DNA from: Dehalococcoidia bacterium
GTDB taxonomy: Bacteria; Chloroflexota; Dehalococcoidia; Lucifugimonadales; CAUZJF01
DNA: 64,000 nucleotides
Reading direction: 5' to 3'
Assembly (NCBI GenBank): GCA_965247255.1
Contig: CBDFGS010000009.1
Span: 416,964 to 480,963, forward strand
Each line of letters opens with the position of its first letter. Positions within the stretch are counted from its first letter, which is position 1. This document shows positions 1 to 9,691 of the stretch, in pieces. Position numbers and translations under genes: made by a program. The notes beneath the pieces were generated by a model. It had not been told where the DNA came from. It saw nothing but the letters and a program-made list of their open reading frames with translations, and made no database searches.

Positions 1-1138
1 CCGGGCTGTCCTTGACCTCAGGGTCGACGTCCATCAGCTCGAAGATGCGCGTTCCAGAGGCCATCGCCCGCTGGAACTGTCCGTATTCCTGGCTTAGCAT
101 GCGCACGGGCTCGAAGAAGCGTTGGATGTACAGCGCGAAGGCGACGAGGACCCCGACTTCGATGGACTTGTCCATTACGAGGCTACCGCCGAAGTAGACC
201 ACCAGCGCCAGCCCGAGGGCGGTCAGGATCTCGACGGAAGGGGCGAGCACAGCGGTGTACCGCATGGCCCCCATGTTGGCTTCGAGGTTATCGTAGTTGG
301 CCTCGCCGAAGCGCGCGATATTGGCCCGCTCGCGGTTGAGGCTCTGGACCACCCTGACGCCTGAGATGTTCTCCTGCAAACCTGCGTTCACCTCAGCGAT
401 GGTGGTGCGCGCCCGCAGGAACGCGGACTTGGCAAACTTCTGCCAGACCTTGAGCACGATCAACAGCAGAGGAATCACCGTAAGGGTGATCAGCGCGAGC
501 TGCACGTTCATCCAGAACATTATCGCTATGATGCCGAGGAGGCTCAGGACGTTCGCCGCGGTCTGAGTGACCATCGAGGTCAACTCCTGGAGCTGCTGGA
601 CATCGTTCTGAAGGCGGGACATCACCTTGCCGCTCTCGTTGCGGTCGAAGAACGACATGGAGAGGCGCTGGAGGTGACGAAAGAGGTCCATCCGCAGGGT
701 GAGCAAGACGCCCTGACCGACGAAGGCGAGCATCCGCATATGCAAGTAGTTGGTAGCGAACTGAAAGACCGCTACGCCGACGAAGACCAGCGCGACGAGA
801 TTGAGACCGCTCAAGTCGCCGGCGTCGATATAGTCGTCTATCACCACCTGAACGATTTTCGGCAACGCGACCACGGTGGCGGTGTAGGCCATCATGGCAG
901 CGAAGCTCAGCAGCATGCGCCGCCAATACGGGCGGATGTAGGCGAGGAGCCGCATGACGACCTGGTGGTCGTATACAGTGCCGCCGCCCTCGTCGTCGAT
1001 TCCGGCCATGCGGCCATACCATGCCCCTGGGCCGCCCTGGCCCTCACCTCTACCGCCACGCCCGGAGCCTCGGCCCCCCCACGAGCCCATGCCGCCGCCA
1101 TGCATCATTCCGCCGCCCATGCCTCCCTGTTCGAACAT
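1..1138 (-). CDS. ABC exporter, fused permease/ATPase subunit (N-terminal part only, runs off the window start)
   Basis: My own minus-strand translation from the ATG at 1138-1136. It is absent from the ORF track because it has no stop in the window. Sequence: MFEQGGMGGGMMHGGG...YIRPYWRRMLLSFAAMMAY...LQRLSMSFFDRNESGKVMSRLQNDV...RFGEANYDNLEANMGAMRY, a typical type-I ABC exporter TMD. The start overlaps the stop of the upstream ABC gene (TGATG). Confidence 0.8.
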   Translation of the reverse strand, partial: MFEQGGMGGGMMHGGGMGSWGGRGSGRGGRGEGQGGPGAWYGRMAGIDDEGGGTVYDHQVVMRLLAYIRPYWRRMLLSFAAMMAYTATVVALPKIVQVVIDDYIDAGDLSGLNLVALVFVGVAVFQFATNYLHMRMLAFVGQGVLLTLRMDLFRHLQRLSMSFFDRNESGKVMSRLQNDVQQLQELTSMVTQTAANVLSLLGIIAIMFWMNVQLALITLTVIPLLLIVLKVWQKFAKSAFLRARTTIAEVNAGLQENISGVRVVQSLNRERANIARFGEANYDNLEANMGAMRYTAVLAPSVEILTALGLALVVYFGGSLVMDKSIEVGVLVAFALYIQRFFEPVRMLSQEYGQFQRAMASGTRIFELMDVDPEVKDSP

Positions 1139-2913
1139 CAGGCGTCACCTCCGGTTATTGCAGTGGGATCAGCGAGCGCGGCCTGCTCCTCCTGGGGCCT
1201 TAGCTGAATGTCGTGGATACGCTTGTACACTCCGTCGCGCTCGATCAGATCGTCGTGCGCGCCGCGCTCCACGATCTCTCCCTTGTCCAGGACCAGGATC
1301 AGGTCCGCCGTTCTGACGGTCGAAAGACGGTGGGCGATGACGAACGTAGTGCGACCCTTGATCACTTCGGCCAGTGCCCGCTGTATCTGGTACTCGGTGC
1401 CGACGTCGACGCTCGAAGTCGAGTCGTCCAGGATTAGGACCGGTGGGTCGAGCAGCAACGTCCGCGCAATAGCCAGCCGCTGTCGTTGCCCGCCTGAGAG
1501 TGTGTAGCCTCGCTCGCCTACCCATGAGTCGTAACCCTTGGGCAGCTCGGAGATAAAGTCGTGCATCTGCGCTACGCGGGCGACGCGCTCCACATCCTCC
1601 GGCGAGGCGTTGTCCGCGCCGTAGGCGATGTTGTCACGGAAGGTGGCGCTGAACAGGAATACGTCCTGAAGTACGATACCCACGTTGCGGCGCAGCGACT
1701 CCAGGGTGACGTCCCTCACGTCGATATCGTCTATAAGCAAACGGCCGGCGGAGACGTCGTAGAAGCGCGGTATGAGATGGACGGTTGTGCTCTTGCCCGA
1801 TCCGGGGCCTCCGAGCAGGGCGATGGTCTGGCCCGGATGGACTTCGAAGTCGATGCCTTTCACCGCGTCCTCGTCCGCTCCATAGCTGAGGGAAACGTTC
1901 TCGAACTTGACGTGGCCCGCCACGCGCGGTAGTACGGTCGCCCCGGGCTTCTCGGTGACGGGAGACTCGGTGTCGAGAACGTCGAAGATGCGCTGCCCTG
2001 CCGACTGCGCGCGAGTGAAGGAGTTAATGAGCCAGCCGATGGACCCGATGGGCATTCGCAGCATGCCCATGTAGTAGATGAAGCCCACGAGTTCACCGAT
2101 GCTAAGCCTCTCGTTTACTACCTCACGGCCGCCGACCCAGAGAATCGCGGCGGTGGCAAGGGTCATTATCAGAGTCATCAGCGCGCCCTGGGACGCGAAG
2201 AGCACCATGGCTGAGTAGGTGAGCCGCGCAACTGACGAAGCCCGCCCCTCGAACTTGGTCTCCTCGTGCTGTCCGCCTCCGAACGCCTTCACCACACGGA
2301 TGCCTGTTATGTTCTCCTGAATCACCCTCGTCATCTGGCCGGTCTCCGCCTGGACCTTCATCCATGTCGGACGAAGGATCCGCGAGAGATATAGCGCGCG
2401 CCACATGAGCGGCGGTATGAACGCAAGGCAGACGAACCCCAAACGCCAGTTGGTGGCCAGGAGGATTGCCGATACGGACGCAAGGGTCACCCCGATCGTC
2501 AGGCCCCTCAGCAAGCCCATGCTCATGAACCGGCGCACGGCCTCGACGTCGGCGGTCGCCTTGGACATCAGGTCGCCCGTCTGCTCCTGGTCGTGGAAGC
2601 CGAAGCTCAGCATCTGGAGCTTGGCGAAGATATCGTTTCGCAGATCGAAAGCCCCTCGCTGCGACACAGCTTCGGAGAGGTACTGCTGCCCGTAGGCGAA
2701 GCCTCCCCGAAAGGCGCTGGTGAGCAGTATCAGGCCACCGATGATCAGCAGCTCAGTCCGGATTCCGCTGAGCACCGCCTGGTCGATTCCGCTGCGTAGT
2801 AGCTGAGGGACGATCATCGCCGCCAGCGTCGCCAGCGTGGAGGTCGTGATCGCCCCCAGCAGGTACCACTTATGGCGCCAGCTGTAACCCGTCAGACGGA
2901 CCAGTATCTTCAT
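1138..2913 (-). CDS. ABC exporter, fused permease/ATPase subunit (MsbA/multidrug type)
   Basis: 591-aa ORF with an N-terminal 6-TM-like domain. Motifs: Walker A GGPGSGKST, signature LSGGQRQRLAIAR, Walker B VLILDDSTS. Confidence 0.9.
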   Translation of the reverse strand: MKILVRLTGYSWRHKWYLLGAITTSTLATLAAMIVPQLLRSGIDQAVLSGIRTELLIIGGLILLTSAFRGGFAYGQQYLSEAVSQRGAFDLRNDIFAKLQMLSFGFHDQEQTGDLMSKATADVEAVRRFMSMGLLRGLTIGVTLASVSAILLATNWRLGFVCLAFIPPLMWRALYLSRILRPTWMKVQAETGQMTRVIQENITGIRVVKAFGGGQHEETKFEGRASSVARLTYSAMVLFASQGALMTLIMTLATAAILWVGGREVVNERLSIGELVGFIYYMGMLRMPIGSIGWLINSFTRAQSAGQRIFDVLDTESPVTEKPGATVLPRVAGHVKFENVSLSYGADEDAVKGIDFEVHPGQTIALLGGPGSGKSTTVHLIPRFYDVSAGRLLIDDIDVRDVTLESLRRNVGIVLQDVFLFSATFRDNIAYGADNASPEDVERVARVAQMHDFISELPKGYDSWVGERGYTLSGGQRQRLAIARTLLLDPPVLILDDSTSSVDVGTEYQIQRALAEVIKGRTTFVIAHRLSTVRTADLILVLDKGEIVERGAHDDLIERDGVYKRIHDIQLRPQEEQAALADPTAITGGDA

Positions 2914-2915
2914 GT

Positions 2916-3437
2916 TTAGCTCCCTGTGCCGGGGGTCCCGGAAGCGACTCCCTGCTCCTCGAATGGTGCTTCAGGCGCGCCCTCGCTGTCGCCTCTCTCG
3001 ATCGCGTCGGTGAGGACCTGCAGGGCGGGCACTACTATCTGAAGCTCCTCGTCGGTGAGCATCCCCCCAATGGCTTCGTTTCGCATGCGCCCGAGCTCGA
3101 AGAAGCGGTTGACTACCGCCTCACCGGCGGGCGTCAGCCGGCACGCCACTACGCGACGGTCCGAGGCGTCTTCGACACGGGACACCAGGTCATTCTTTAC
3201 CAGGCGGTCGATCATGCTGGTGGTGGACGACATCTCCCGGTCCAGGTATTCTGCAAGATCGCTCATTCGCCTTGGCCCGTGGCTCAGGTAGAAGAGCGTT
3301 CGGGCTTGAGGCATAGTCAGCCCGAGGTCGGCCCACTTCTCGCGCGACCTCGTCCGCCGCTGGGTCGAAAGGCGCTCCATCAGTGTGACGAAGCTTTCGG
3401 TGAGTTCCCTACTCGAGTTCGGCATCGATGACTCCAA
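2916..3437 (-). CDS. MarR family transcriptional regulator
   Basis: 173 aa with a winged-HTH pattern (LTMPQARTLFYLSHGPRRMSDLAEYL...DRLVKNDLVSRVEDASDRRVV). It lies 2 bp upstream of the ABC pair, so an operon is likely. Confidence 0.85.
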   Translation of the reverse strand: MESSMPNSSRELTESFVTLMERLSTQRRTRSREKWADLGLTMPQARTLFYLSHGPRRMSDLAEYLDREMSSTTSMIDRLVKNDLVSRVEDASDRRVVACRLTPAGEAVVNRFFELGRMRNEAIGGMLTDEELQIVVPALQVLTDAIERGDSEGAPEAPFEEQGVASGTPGTGS

Positions 3438-3475
3438 ATGTACTATAGACTAGAACTGTACCGGTTACACATAAT

Positions 3476-3504
3476 ATTCTAACGACTCGAAGTATTCCTG
3501 TCAA
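3476..3504 (-). promoter_or_regulatory. sigma70-type promoter for the marR-ABC-ABC operon
   Basis: The minus strand reads TTGACA (3504-3499), a 17-nt spacer, then TAGAAT (3481-3476). An AT-rich imperfect palindrome at 3440-3470 lies between the -10 and the ATG at 3437 and could be a MarR operator. Confidence 0.55.
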
Positions 3505-3830
3505 GAGCCTCTTGTCATCGACGCCGGTTCCGGCTTCACGGACTCATACCGGGGTGGACAATCATTGCGCCTGGGAGACGCGGACCCCACCCCGGACCCT
3601 TGGCAGGCTCAGGGTGACGTTGTCTGGCACCTACCATCGGTGCTATGCGATGGCGCTGGCCATCACCGCTAAGCTATCGATCCGGGCCGACGTCAACTTC
3701 CTCGCTGCGCTCGGAATGGCGTCGCGGGGACACCATCTTCGTCCCCGGTAGACCCTGAGGGGCGCCCCGGCGTCGAGTTGAGAAGGCACGTTTCAAGTAA
3801 CTGCGCCGATTTGCGCCAGTCCCGAGGGGA

Positions 3831-3921
3831 GGGCGGGTTTCAAACCCGCCCCTACGATTTCTCCCGTGCAGTTAATTCAGTCATGCACGGTCCGGCCCGT
3901 CGGACATACGGTGCTCAGGAC
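3831..3921. repeat. 91-nt structured REP-like element, copy 1
   Basis: Starts with the hairpin GGGCGGGTTTCAAACCCGCCC followed by CTACGATT, then two further hairpins. A near-identical copy lies at 18149-18239. Confidence 0.85.
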
Positions 3922-3952
3922 GAAGAACGGAGCGCCAGCGTGAGAGAGCCTA

Positions 3953-4480
3953 CTACTGAGCCGCTGGGAAGGCTTGTTCCGCATCGGGCGTTGTGGGCCG
4001 TTTTGCGCCTGCGCCAGGTTCGGCGTGAGCGCGCGTTTCGATTGCGTTCGACAGAATCTGCATGGCCGTCACGACCTTGCGGAGCTCATCGGTGGAGAGC
4101 AGTTCCGCAATCGCCTCTATTTTCAGGCTGCCGATGCGCCAGAAGCGATCGGCGACTTCGGCGCCAAGCTCTGTGAGCTCGCACGTCACCACGCGTTTGT
4201 CTTTAGGGTCTTCGAGCCGCCTCGCGAGCCCCTTCTTGACCAGCCGGTCGATCATCCCCGACACCGCCGCCATCCCCCGGTCCACGTGGGCTGAGATATC
4301 GGTGACTCGCTTTGGTCCCTCACTCAAGAAGAACAGGGTGCGGGCCTGCCGCATGGTCAGATCGAGATGGGACCACTCCAGGTCGCTGCGCGAGCGCACC
4401 TGTACGGGAACGTGCTCAATGAGCTCCGCGAGCCGCGTAACCAGCGCCTCTCTCGCCTCTTCCGAGGCCTTCTTCGCCAA
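3953..4480 (-). CDS. MarR family transcriptional regulator (paralog)
   Basis: 175 aa with the same wHTH pattern (LTMRQARTLFFLSEGPKRVTDISAHV...DRLVKKGLARRLEDPKDKRVV). A possible promoter on the minus strand is TTGACC (4539-4534), 18 nt, TAGGTT (4515-4510). Confidence 0.85.
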   Translation of the reverse strand: MAKKASEEAREALVTRLAELIEHVPVQVRSRSDLEWSHLDLTMRQARTLFFLSEGPKRVTDISAHVDRGMAAVSGMIDRLVKKGLARRLEDPKDKRVVTCELTELGAEVADRFWRIGSLKIEAIAELLSTDELRKVVTAMQILSNAIETRAHAEPGAGAKRPTTPDAEQAFPAAQ

Positions 4481-4663
4481 TGCGCATTCCTTGGGCCGGG
4501 ATTACGCCTAACCTAGCATAGCGATTCGACGCCGGTCAACGGAGCAGAGTCGGGCGGCCACGCGGGCCGCCCCTACGTCGCGGTATGCGGCGGCGTATCA
4601 CCTTCTCCTTTGCAGGGCCGCTCCCCTGTGAGCGCCCTCCCCGTTCGGCCAAGCAACAGCAGA

Positions 4664-4687
4664 GGGCGCGGCAAGCAACGCCCCTAC
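4664..4687. repeat. REP hairpin family GCGCGGCAAGCAGCGCCCCTAC
   Basis: GGGCGCGGCAAGCAACGCCCCTAC. The same motif occurs at 31326-31347 and twice within 46066-46140. Confidence 0.8.
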
Positions 4688-4714
4688 GGCGATCTGCGCG
4701 GCCTTAGGCCCCGC

Positions 4715-7165
4715 TCAAGTCAGGCCTACAGGGTCCACGTCGACCACCCAACCCTGCGGGAGCGGCACGCCCTCCAGCAGGACGCGAGGCTTCGGTCCTC
4801 GAAGGACGATCTGCCAGCGGTATCGCCCTCTCACACGCGCCGGATACGCCGGCGTGGGTCCCAGCACCTCGTTGTCGGCGTAGCCGCCCGCGTCTCGTCG
4901 CGCCTTCAGCTCTTCGCACAGGCGGCGCGCCTCGCGCTGGGAGAGGGCCCGGTTCGTGCCGGAGTACATCAAGCGTATAAGCCTGCTGTAGGGGGGGTTG
5001 CCCTGCTGGGCGCGGTAGGATATCTCCTCCCGGTAGAACCGCTGATAGTCCTGAGCCGCTGCCGCCCTGATCGCGTAGTTTCCCGGCTGGTAGGTCTGGA
5101 TGATGACGCGTCCCGCCGATGCGCCCCTACCCGCCCTCCCAGACACCTGACAAAGTAGCTGGAAGACGCGCTCGGCCGCCTGGAAGTGTGGCATATTCAG
5201 TCCGACGTCCGCGGAGACCACACCCACGAGGGTGACCGACGGAAGGTGCAGGCCTTTGGCGATCATCTGGGTGCCAACGATGATGCGCGCTTCGCCGGAT
5301 CTGGAGCTTTCGAGGAGCTGCTGATGCGCCGCGGCGCCCCGCGCAGAGTCACGGTCCCACCGCACGACGTTCACGCCGGGGTAGAGTCTCTGTGCCTCGC
5401 GAACGACGGCCTGGGTGCCGACGCCCCTGAACACCAGTCCGTGCGCGTGGCAGCGGGGACACTCTTGCGGCGGGGCGCGCCGCTCACCGCAATAGTGGCA
5501 CTGCATCCGGCCGGTGTCGGCGTGGTAGGCCATTGCTGTGTCGCACCGGCGGCACCGCAAGGCGAGCCCGCAGCCGCGGCACTGCAAGAGCGCGGACGAC
5601 CCACGGCGGTTCAGGAAAAGCATCGCCTGCCCGCCGCTGTCGAGACACTCGCGTAGCGCGTGCACCAGCTTACGACTGAATACCAGGCGGTTCCCGTCCC
5701 GGAGCTCTTGACGCATGTCGACGATGTCGACCGACGCCATTCGGGACCGGCGAGGACGCGGGTGCGTCGCGCCGTTCGATGGGACCACACGCTCCGGCAG
5801 CCGTAGCAGCCGCAGACTGCCGCTGAGCGCTTTGGTGTACGCCTCTACGTCGGGCGTAGCGCTACCGAGCACCACCACCGACCCGGTGAGCTCGCCCAGC
5901 CGCAGGGCCACGAACTTGTCGTGATACCTTGGAATGGAGTCGTGCTGCTTGTAGGTCCACTCGTGCTCCTCGTCGATTACGATCAGCCCGAGGTCGGGGA
6001 CGGGGGCGAAGATTGCGCTACGGGCGCCGATTACGACCCCTCGCTCTCCGTCTCTTATCTTCCACCATTGGTCGAACCGCTCCCCGGCAGACAGCCCGCT
6101 ATGGAGCACGGCCACGTCGCCGGGGAACCTGGCGGCGAACCGCTCGATGGTCTGCTGAGTAAGGGCGATCTCGGGGGCAAGGACGATAGCTCGCTTGCCA
6201 AGCCGCCTGCAGTGCGCCACCGCGTTCAGGTACACCTCGGTCTTGCCGCTGCCCGTAACGCCCTGGAGGAGGAACCTGGGGGGAGAGGCCCGGGCTCCAT
6301 CCAGCGCGGCCCGGACCTGGGCGGCGGCCCGACTCTGGGCATGCGTCAGGTCTACAGGGGCCGTGTCGGTGTAGGTATTCGTCGCAAGGGGGTCGCGGTC
6401 GACGAACTCTTCTGTCCTTTCTATAAGCCCCTTGGCGATAAGGGCGCTAACGGCTGAGGGCGAAGAATCCTTCCGCAGTACAGCCAGCGGCATGGGCGCC
6501 GGGTCTGAAAGCAGATGCTGGAGTATGGCCCCCTGGCGCGGCGCCTTTCGCGAGATCTCGTCCAGCTCGTCCTGGCCCAGGTCACGGGCCTGCGCGCTGA
6601 GCACGGCGCTCTCCCGGCGCTTTCGTCGCACGGGTGTCCCGGAGAGGACCAAGGAGCGAGTGGCAAGACCGTCGTGGAGCAGCTTCCGGAGCGCCCCACG
6701 AGCGGGCTCTCCCAGAGCGTCGAACAGACGGCCCTCCTCAACTCTCTTTCGGGCGCGGATGTGGCTGAGGACGCGACGTTGATATGGTGTGAGCCCCGGC
6801 GGCTCGGGCTCATTTCGGTCGGTAACAGGACTGATGTACGCCCTTAGCCTGACTCGCCCGCCCGGGGGCAGCATCAGCGCGGCCGCCTCGAACAGGCTGC
6901 ACATGTAATAGCGGCTGATCCACCGAGCCAGCCTAAGCTGGACATCCGTGAAAGGAGGAGATGTCTCGCGCACGCGGAGGATATCGCGCGTCTCGGGGAC
7001 CTGGGGGGATGAGGCCAGGGAGAAGACTAGCCCTTGAAGCCTGCGCTTCCCGAATGGGACGACCACCGAGTGTCCGGGGCTTACCTTAAGGGAGGAGGGG
7101 ACGGAATAGCTGAAGGTGCGGTCGATGCCGGCTGGGGCATCGACGGCGACTTCGGCGTATCTCAT
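4715..7165 (-). CDS. priA: primosomal protein N' (replication restart helicase PriA)
   Basis: 816 aa. Motifs: Walker A GVTGSGKTEVY, a DEEH box, and a Cys-rich zinc-binding insert (CRGCGLALRCRRCDTAMAYH...CHYCG...CPRCH). Confidence 0.9.
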   Translation of the reverse strand: MRYAEVAVDAPAGIDRTFSYSVPSSLKVSPGHSVVVPFGKRRLQGLVFSLASSPQVPETRDILRVRETSPPFTDVQLRLARWISRYYMCSLFEAAALMLPPGGRVRLRAYISPVTDRNEPEPPGLTPYQRRVLSHIRARKRVEEGRLFDALGEPARGALRKLLHDGLATRSLVLSGTPVRRKRRESAVLSAQARDLGQDELDEISRKAPRQGAILQHLLSDPAPMPLAVLRKDSSPSAVSALIAKGLIERTEEFVDRDPLATNTYTDTAPVDLTHAQSRAAAQVRAALDGARASPPRFLLQGVTGSGKTEVYLNAVAHCRRLGKRAIVLAPEIALTQQTIERFAARFPGDVAVLHSGLSAGERFDQWWKIRDGERGVVIGARSAIFAPVPDLGLIVIDEEHEWTYKQHDSIPRYHDKFVALRLGELTGSVVVLGSATPDVEAYTKALSGSLRLLRLPERVVPSNGATHPRPRRSRMASVDIVDMRQELRDGNRLVFSRKLVHALRECLDSGGQAMLFLNRRGSSALLQCRGCGLALRCRRCDTAMAYHADTGRMQCHYCGERRAPPQECPRCHAHGLVFRGVGTQAVVREAQRLYPGVNVVRWDRDSARGAAAHQQLLESSRSGEARIIVGTQMIAKGLHLPSVTLVGVVSADVGLNMPHFQAAERVFQLLCQVSGRAGRGASAGRVIIQTYQPGNYAIRAAAAQDYQRFYREEISYRAQQGNPPYSRLIRLMYSGTNRALSQREARRLCEELKARRDAGGYADNEVLGPTPAYPARVRGRYRWQIVLRGPKPRVLLEGVPLPQGWVVDVDPVGLT

Positions 7166-7185
7166 CAGGGGTGCGCCGGCCGGCG

Positions 7186-7530
7186 TCAGCCCCGGCGGCG
7201 CTCCTTGATGCGCGCGTGGCGGCCGGAGAGGCCGCGCAAGTAGTTGAGCCGGGCACGCCTTACTGCGCCCGCCCTCACCACCTCGACCGCCTCCACCGTG
7301 GACGAGTGCAACAGGAAGTTGCGCTCGACGCCAATATCATGAGTTACGCGGCGAACGGTGAATGAGGCGCCGGGGCCATTACCCCTCCTGCGGATTACGA
7401 CGCCCTCGAACAGCTGCGTGCGCTCGCGGTCGCCCTCCTTCACCCGAATGCTGACTCGAACGGTGTCGCCGGGGCGGAATTCTTCGATCTTCGGGTTAGG
7501 CTTGACCTCAACTAGCTGGTGGGCATCCAT
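7186..7530 (-). CDS. rplS: 50S ribosomal protein L19
   Basis: 114 aa: [33 protein letters not shown]...FTVRRV...[10 protein letters not shown]. Confidence 0.95.
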   Translation of the reverse strand: MDAHQLVEVKPNPKIEEFRPGDTVRVSIRVKEGDRERTQLFEGVVIRRRGNGPGASFTVRRVTHDIGVERNFLLHSSTVEAVEVVRAGAVRRARLNYLRGLSGRHARIKERRRG

Positions 7531-7912
7531 TGTTCAGTCTCGTTTCCAGGTTGGTTTTCGCACATCCATTCTATATCGCGGTGGCGGATCGCGCAAGAGT
7601 CGCGTTAGCTCCCGTGCTCCTCCGGCTCATCTCCACGCTCAGCCGGCCTCGACCGACTCTCGCGAGTCTGGTCAAGGAGCGCAATTACGTCCACATCCCC
7701 TACCCGTTTCCTTGTCCTTTCGCGGACGGGCCTAGCCCTGAGCAGAATGTCCTCCACTGGCCTCTTCGACTTTTGGCTGGACTGGTGCATCGCGTTTCTT
7801 CCCAGAGCTTGACGCTACGAGGGCTGGTGCTCAAGGCGTGGAAGTGGCGACAAACCGGCGCAGTATATCATAGGCAGACCAGGCGTCTGAAGAGCGCACG
7901 AAGGAGAACAGC

Positions 7913-8296
7913 ATGCCGATCGTCGATCACCACAAACTGCCCGAAACTCCCTGGAGACCCAACTACCGCAAGTGGGATATCACCGGTCCGGACGACGGTA
8001 CCACCAGCAGTGACCTGTCCTACAGCGTGGCCGGTCCTGGAACAGGTGCTCCGCTTCATTCGCACGAGGCCGACGAGCTCATCGTCCTTCTCGAGGGGGA
8101 GCTGGAGGTGCGGCTGGGTGGCGAAACGAGCAGGGTTGGGCCTGACCACACGCTGGTCATTCCGCCCAATGTTCCGCATGGCTTCACCGTAGTCGGCGAT
8201 GAGGACGCGCGTATGCTGGCGTTCTTCCCAGTGTCAGACCCTTTCGAGCGCACTACCTACCTGGAGGGCGGGCCTCCCGGGGCACACGCGGGCTAA
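7913..8296 (+). CDS. cupin domain protein
   Basis: 127 aa with cupin motifs GAPLHSHEADELIVLLEGELEV and VIPPNVPHGF. Confidence 0.7.
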   Translation: MPIVDHHKLPETPWRPNYRKWDITGPDDGTTSSDLSYSVAGPGTGAPLHSHEADELIVLLEGELEVRLGGETSRVGPDHTLVIPPNVPHGFTVVGDEDARMLAFFPVSDPFERTTYLEGGPPGAHAG

Positions 8297-8392
8297 TTGA
8301 GTCGCACCGCATGAGAGTGACAGGGACTCTTTGCACTAGTACCTGGTCGCCCCGCAATCGGCGTTGCGACAGGACCTCGGCGACCGAGCAAG

Positions 8393-8436
8393 AACCACCC
8401 TCACTTCAATCCTCTCCCATCAAGGGAGAGGAGGCG
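8393..8436. repeat. REP family CCACCCTCAC(C/T)TCA(G/A)TCCTCTCCC-N-GGGAGAGGAGG
   Basis: Hairpin CCTCTCCC...GGGAGAGG. Other copies lie at 18554-18595 and 42117-42168. Confidence 0.8.
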
Positions 8437-8492
8437 ATTGATACCAACTCCAGCTGCTCACTCGGCGTAGCGCTGGGAATCGCAAAGAAGTA

Positions 8493-9221
8493 CTAGGCCT
8501 GTCGCTGCAGCTCGTCGATGAATCGCGTGTCCTCGCCTGCCAGGTGCGCGCTTTCCAGCAGGTCGGGGCGACGCTCGACCGTGCGTCGCAGCGACTCCCG
8601 TCTTCGCCAGCGGGCGATCTCGGCGTGGTCGCCGGAGAGCAGCACGTCGGGGACGGCCCAGCCGCGGAACTCCGCCGGCCGCGTGTACTGCGGGTGCTGC
8701 AGCAGTCCGGTCGAAAAGGAGTCGTCTTGGGTCGATTCGATGGACCCGACGACTCCTGACAGCAGCCGCGATACGGCCTCTATCACGACCATTGCGGCGA
8801 GCTCTCCGCCGCCGAGGACGTAATCTCCGATGCTGATCTCGTCCGTGGCCAGGTGCTGGCGGACGCGCTCGTCGACACCCTCGTAGCGGCCGCAGACCAG
8901 CACCAGCTCCGTGTGGTGCGCCAGGCTCTCAACGATGGGCTGCGTAAGCGTCCGCCCCTGTGGGGACATCAGAATGACGGGCACAGACGCGTCTTGCCTG
9001 ATGGACTCGACAGCTTCGAACAGCGGCTCCGGCTTCATCAGCATGCCTGGGCCCCCGCCGAAGGGGTAGTCGTCGACCGTGCGATGGCGGTCGTGGGTAG
9101 AGTCGCGTATGTCCTTCAGCGATATCTCAATGAGCCCGCGCTCCTGGGCACGCTTGATGATGCCCTCGCCGAACGGGCTGGCGAACATGCCGGGGAACAG
9201 GGTTAAGACGTGGAACTGCAT
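8493..9221 (-). CDS. trmD: tRNA (guanine37-N1)-methyltransferase
   Basis: 242 aa: [10 protein letters not shown]...[12 protein letters not shown]...[11 protein letters not shown]...[11 protein letters not shown]. Confidence 0.9.
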   Translation of the reverse strand: MQFHVLTLFPGMFASPFGEGIIKRAQERGLIEISLKDIRDSTHDRHRTVDDYPFGGGPGMLMKPEPLFEAVESIRQDASVPVILMSPQGRTLTQPIVESLAHHTELVLVCGRYEGVDERVRQHLATDEISIGDYVLGGGELAAMVVIEAVSRLLSGVVGSIESTQDDSFSTGLLQHPQYTRPAEFRGWAVPDVLLSGDHAEIARWRRRESLRRTVERRPDLLESAHLAGEDTRFIDELQRQA

Positions 9222-9285
9222 TTCTTACTTCACCGTCCAAGGCAGAGGTTGTTCGGGCGGTCTGATGAACTTGGTGGGCTAGTCA

Positions 9286-9537
9286 TCACTTCCCACCTTT
9301 TCGTACCCCCGCCAAAGCGCCCAACAGGGCCACGAAGATCGCGAGCTTGAAGGCGGTAAGCCAAGACACAGAGTCTGCGATCAAGCCCTGCTCAACGGCC
9401 CCTGGGAAAAGATCTGGGATTGTCCAGGCCCAGAGGACCTTGATGAGTAACAGCGCAACTACGAGGAATCCGACGAACAGGGCAATCGCCCCGAAGCAGC
9501 CGAGTGTGCCGATTGCAACCCACCACCGTTTACGCAC
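9286..9537 (-). CDS. small hydrophobic membrane protein, unknown function
   Basis: 83 aa with 2-3 predicted TM helices. It has a GTG start with a GGAGG about 9 nt upstream on the minus strand. Confidence 0.55.
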   Translation of the reverse strand: MRKRWWVAIGTLGCFGAIALFVGFLVVALLLIKVLWAWTIPDLFPGAVEQGLIADSVSWLTAFKLAIFVALLGALAGVRKGGK

Positions 9538-9596
9538 TTAAGCGGCCCTCCTAAAACTCAGCTCAGCTTCAGTGCAGTGGCAAGGCTGTGAGGAAT

Positions 9597-9637
9597 CACC
9601 TCACCCCCGGCCCCTCTCCGCCAACGCGGAGAGGGGG
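9597..9637. repeat. REP family CCTCACCCCCGGCCCCTCTC-N-GAGAGGGG
   Basis: Hairpin CCCCTCTCCG-CCAACG-CGGAGAGGGG. A second copy lies at 33842-33882. Confidence 0.8.
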
Positions 9638-9691
9638 GCGGAACAGGAAAGGGGGAAGAACAGAGTGGGAAAGAATCTGCCCTTGACGAGG

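Noticed and set aside
3778-4176. 132-aa ORF (and likewise 18068-18310, 22831-23152, 8311-8496 and 9572-10405)
   Set aside because: These are translations of REP hairpins (GGFQTRPY, RAGLKPAPT, PSLQSSPIKGEE motifs), or they lie antisense to the MarR and MogA/MoaB-family genes.
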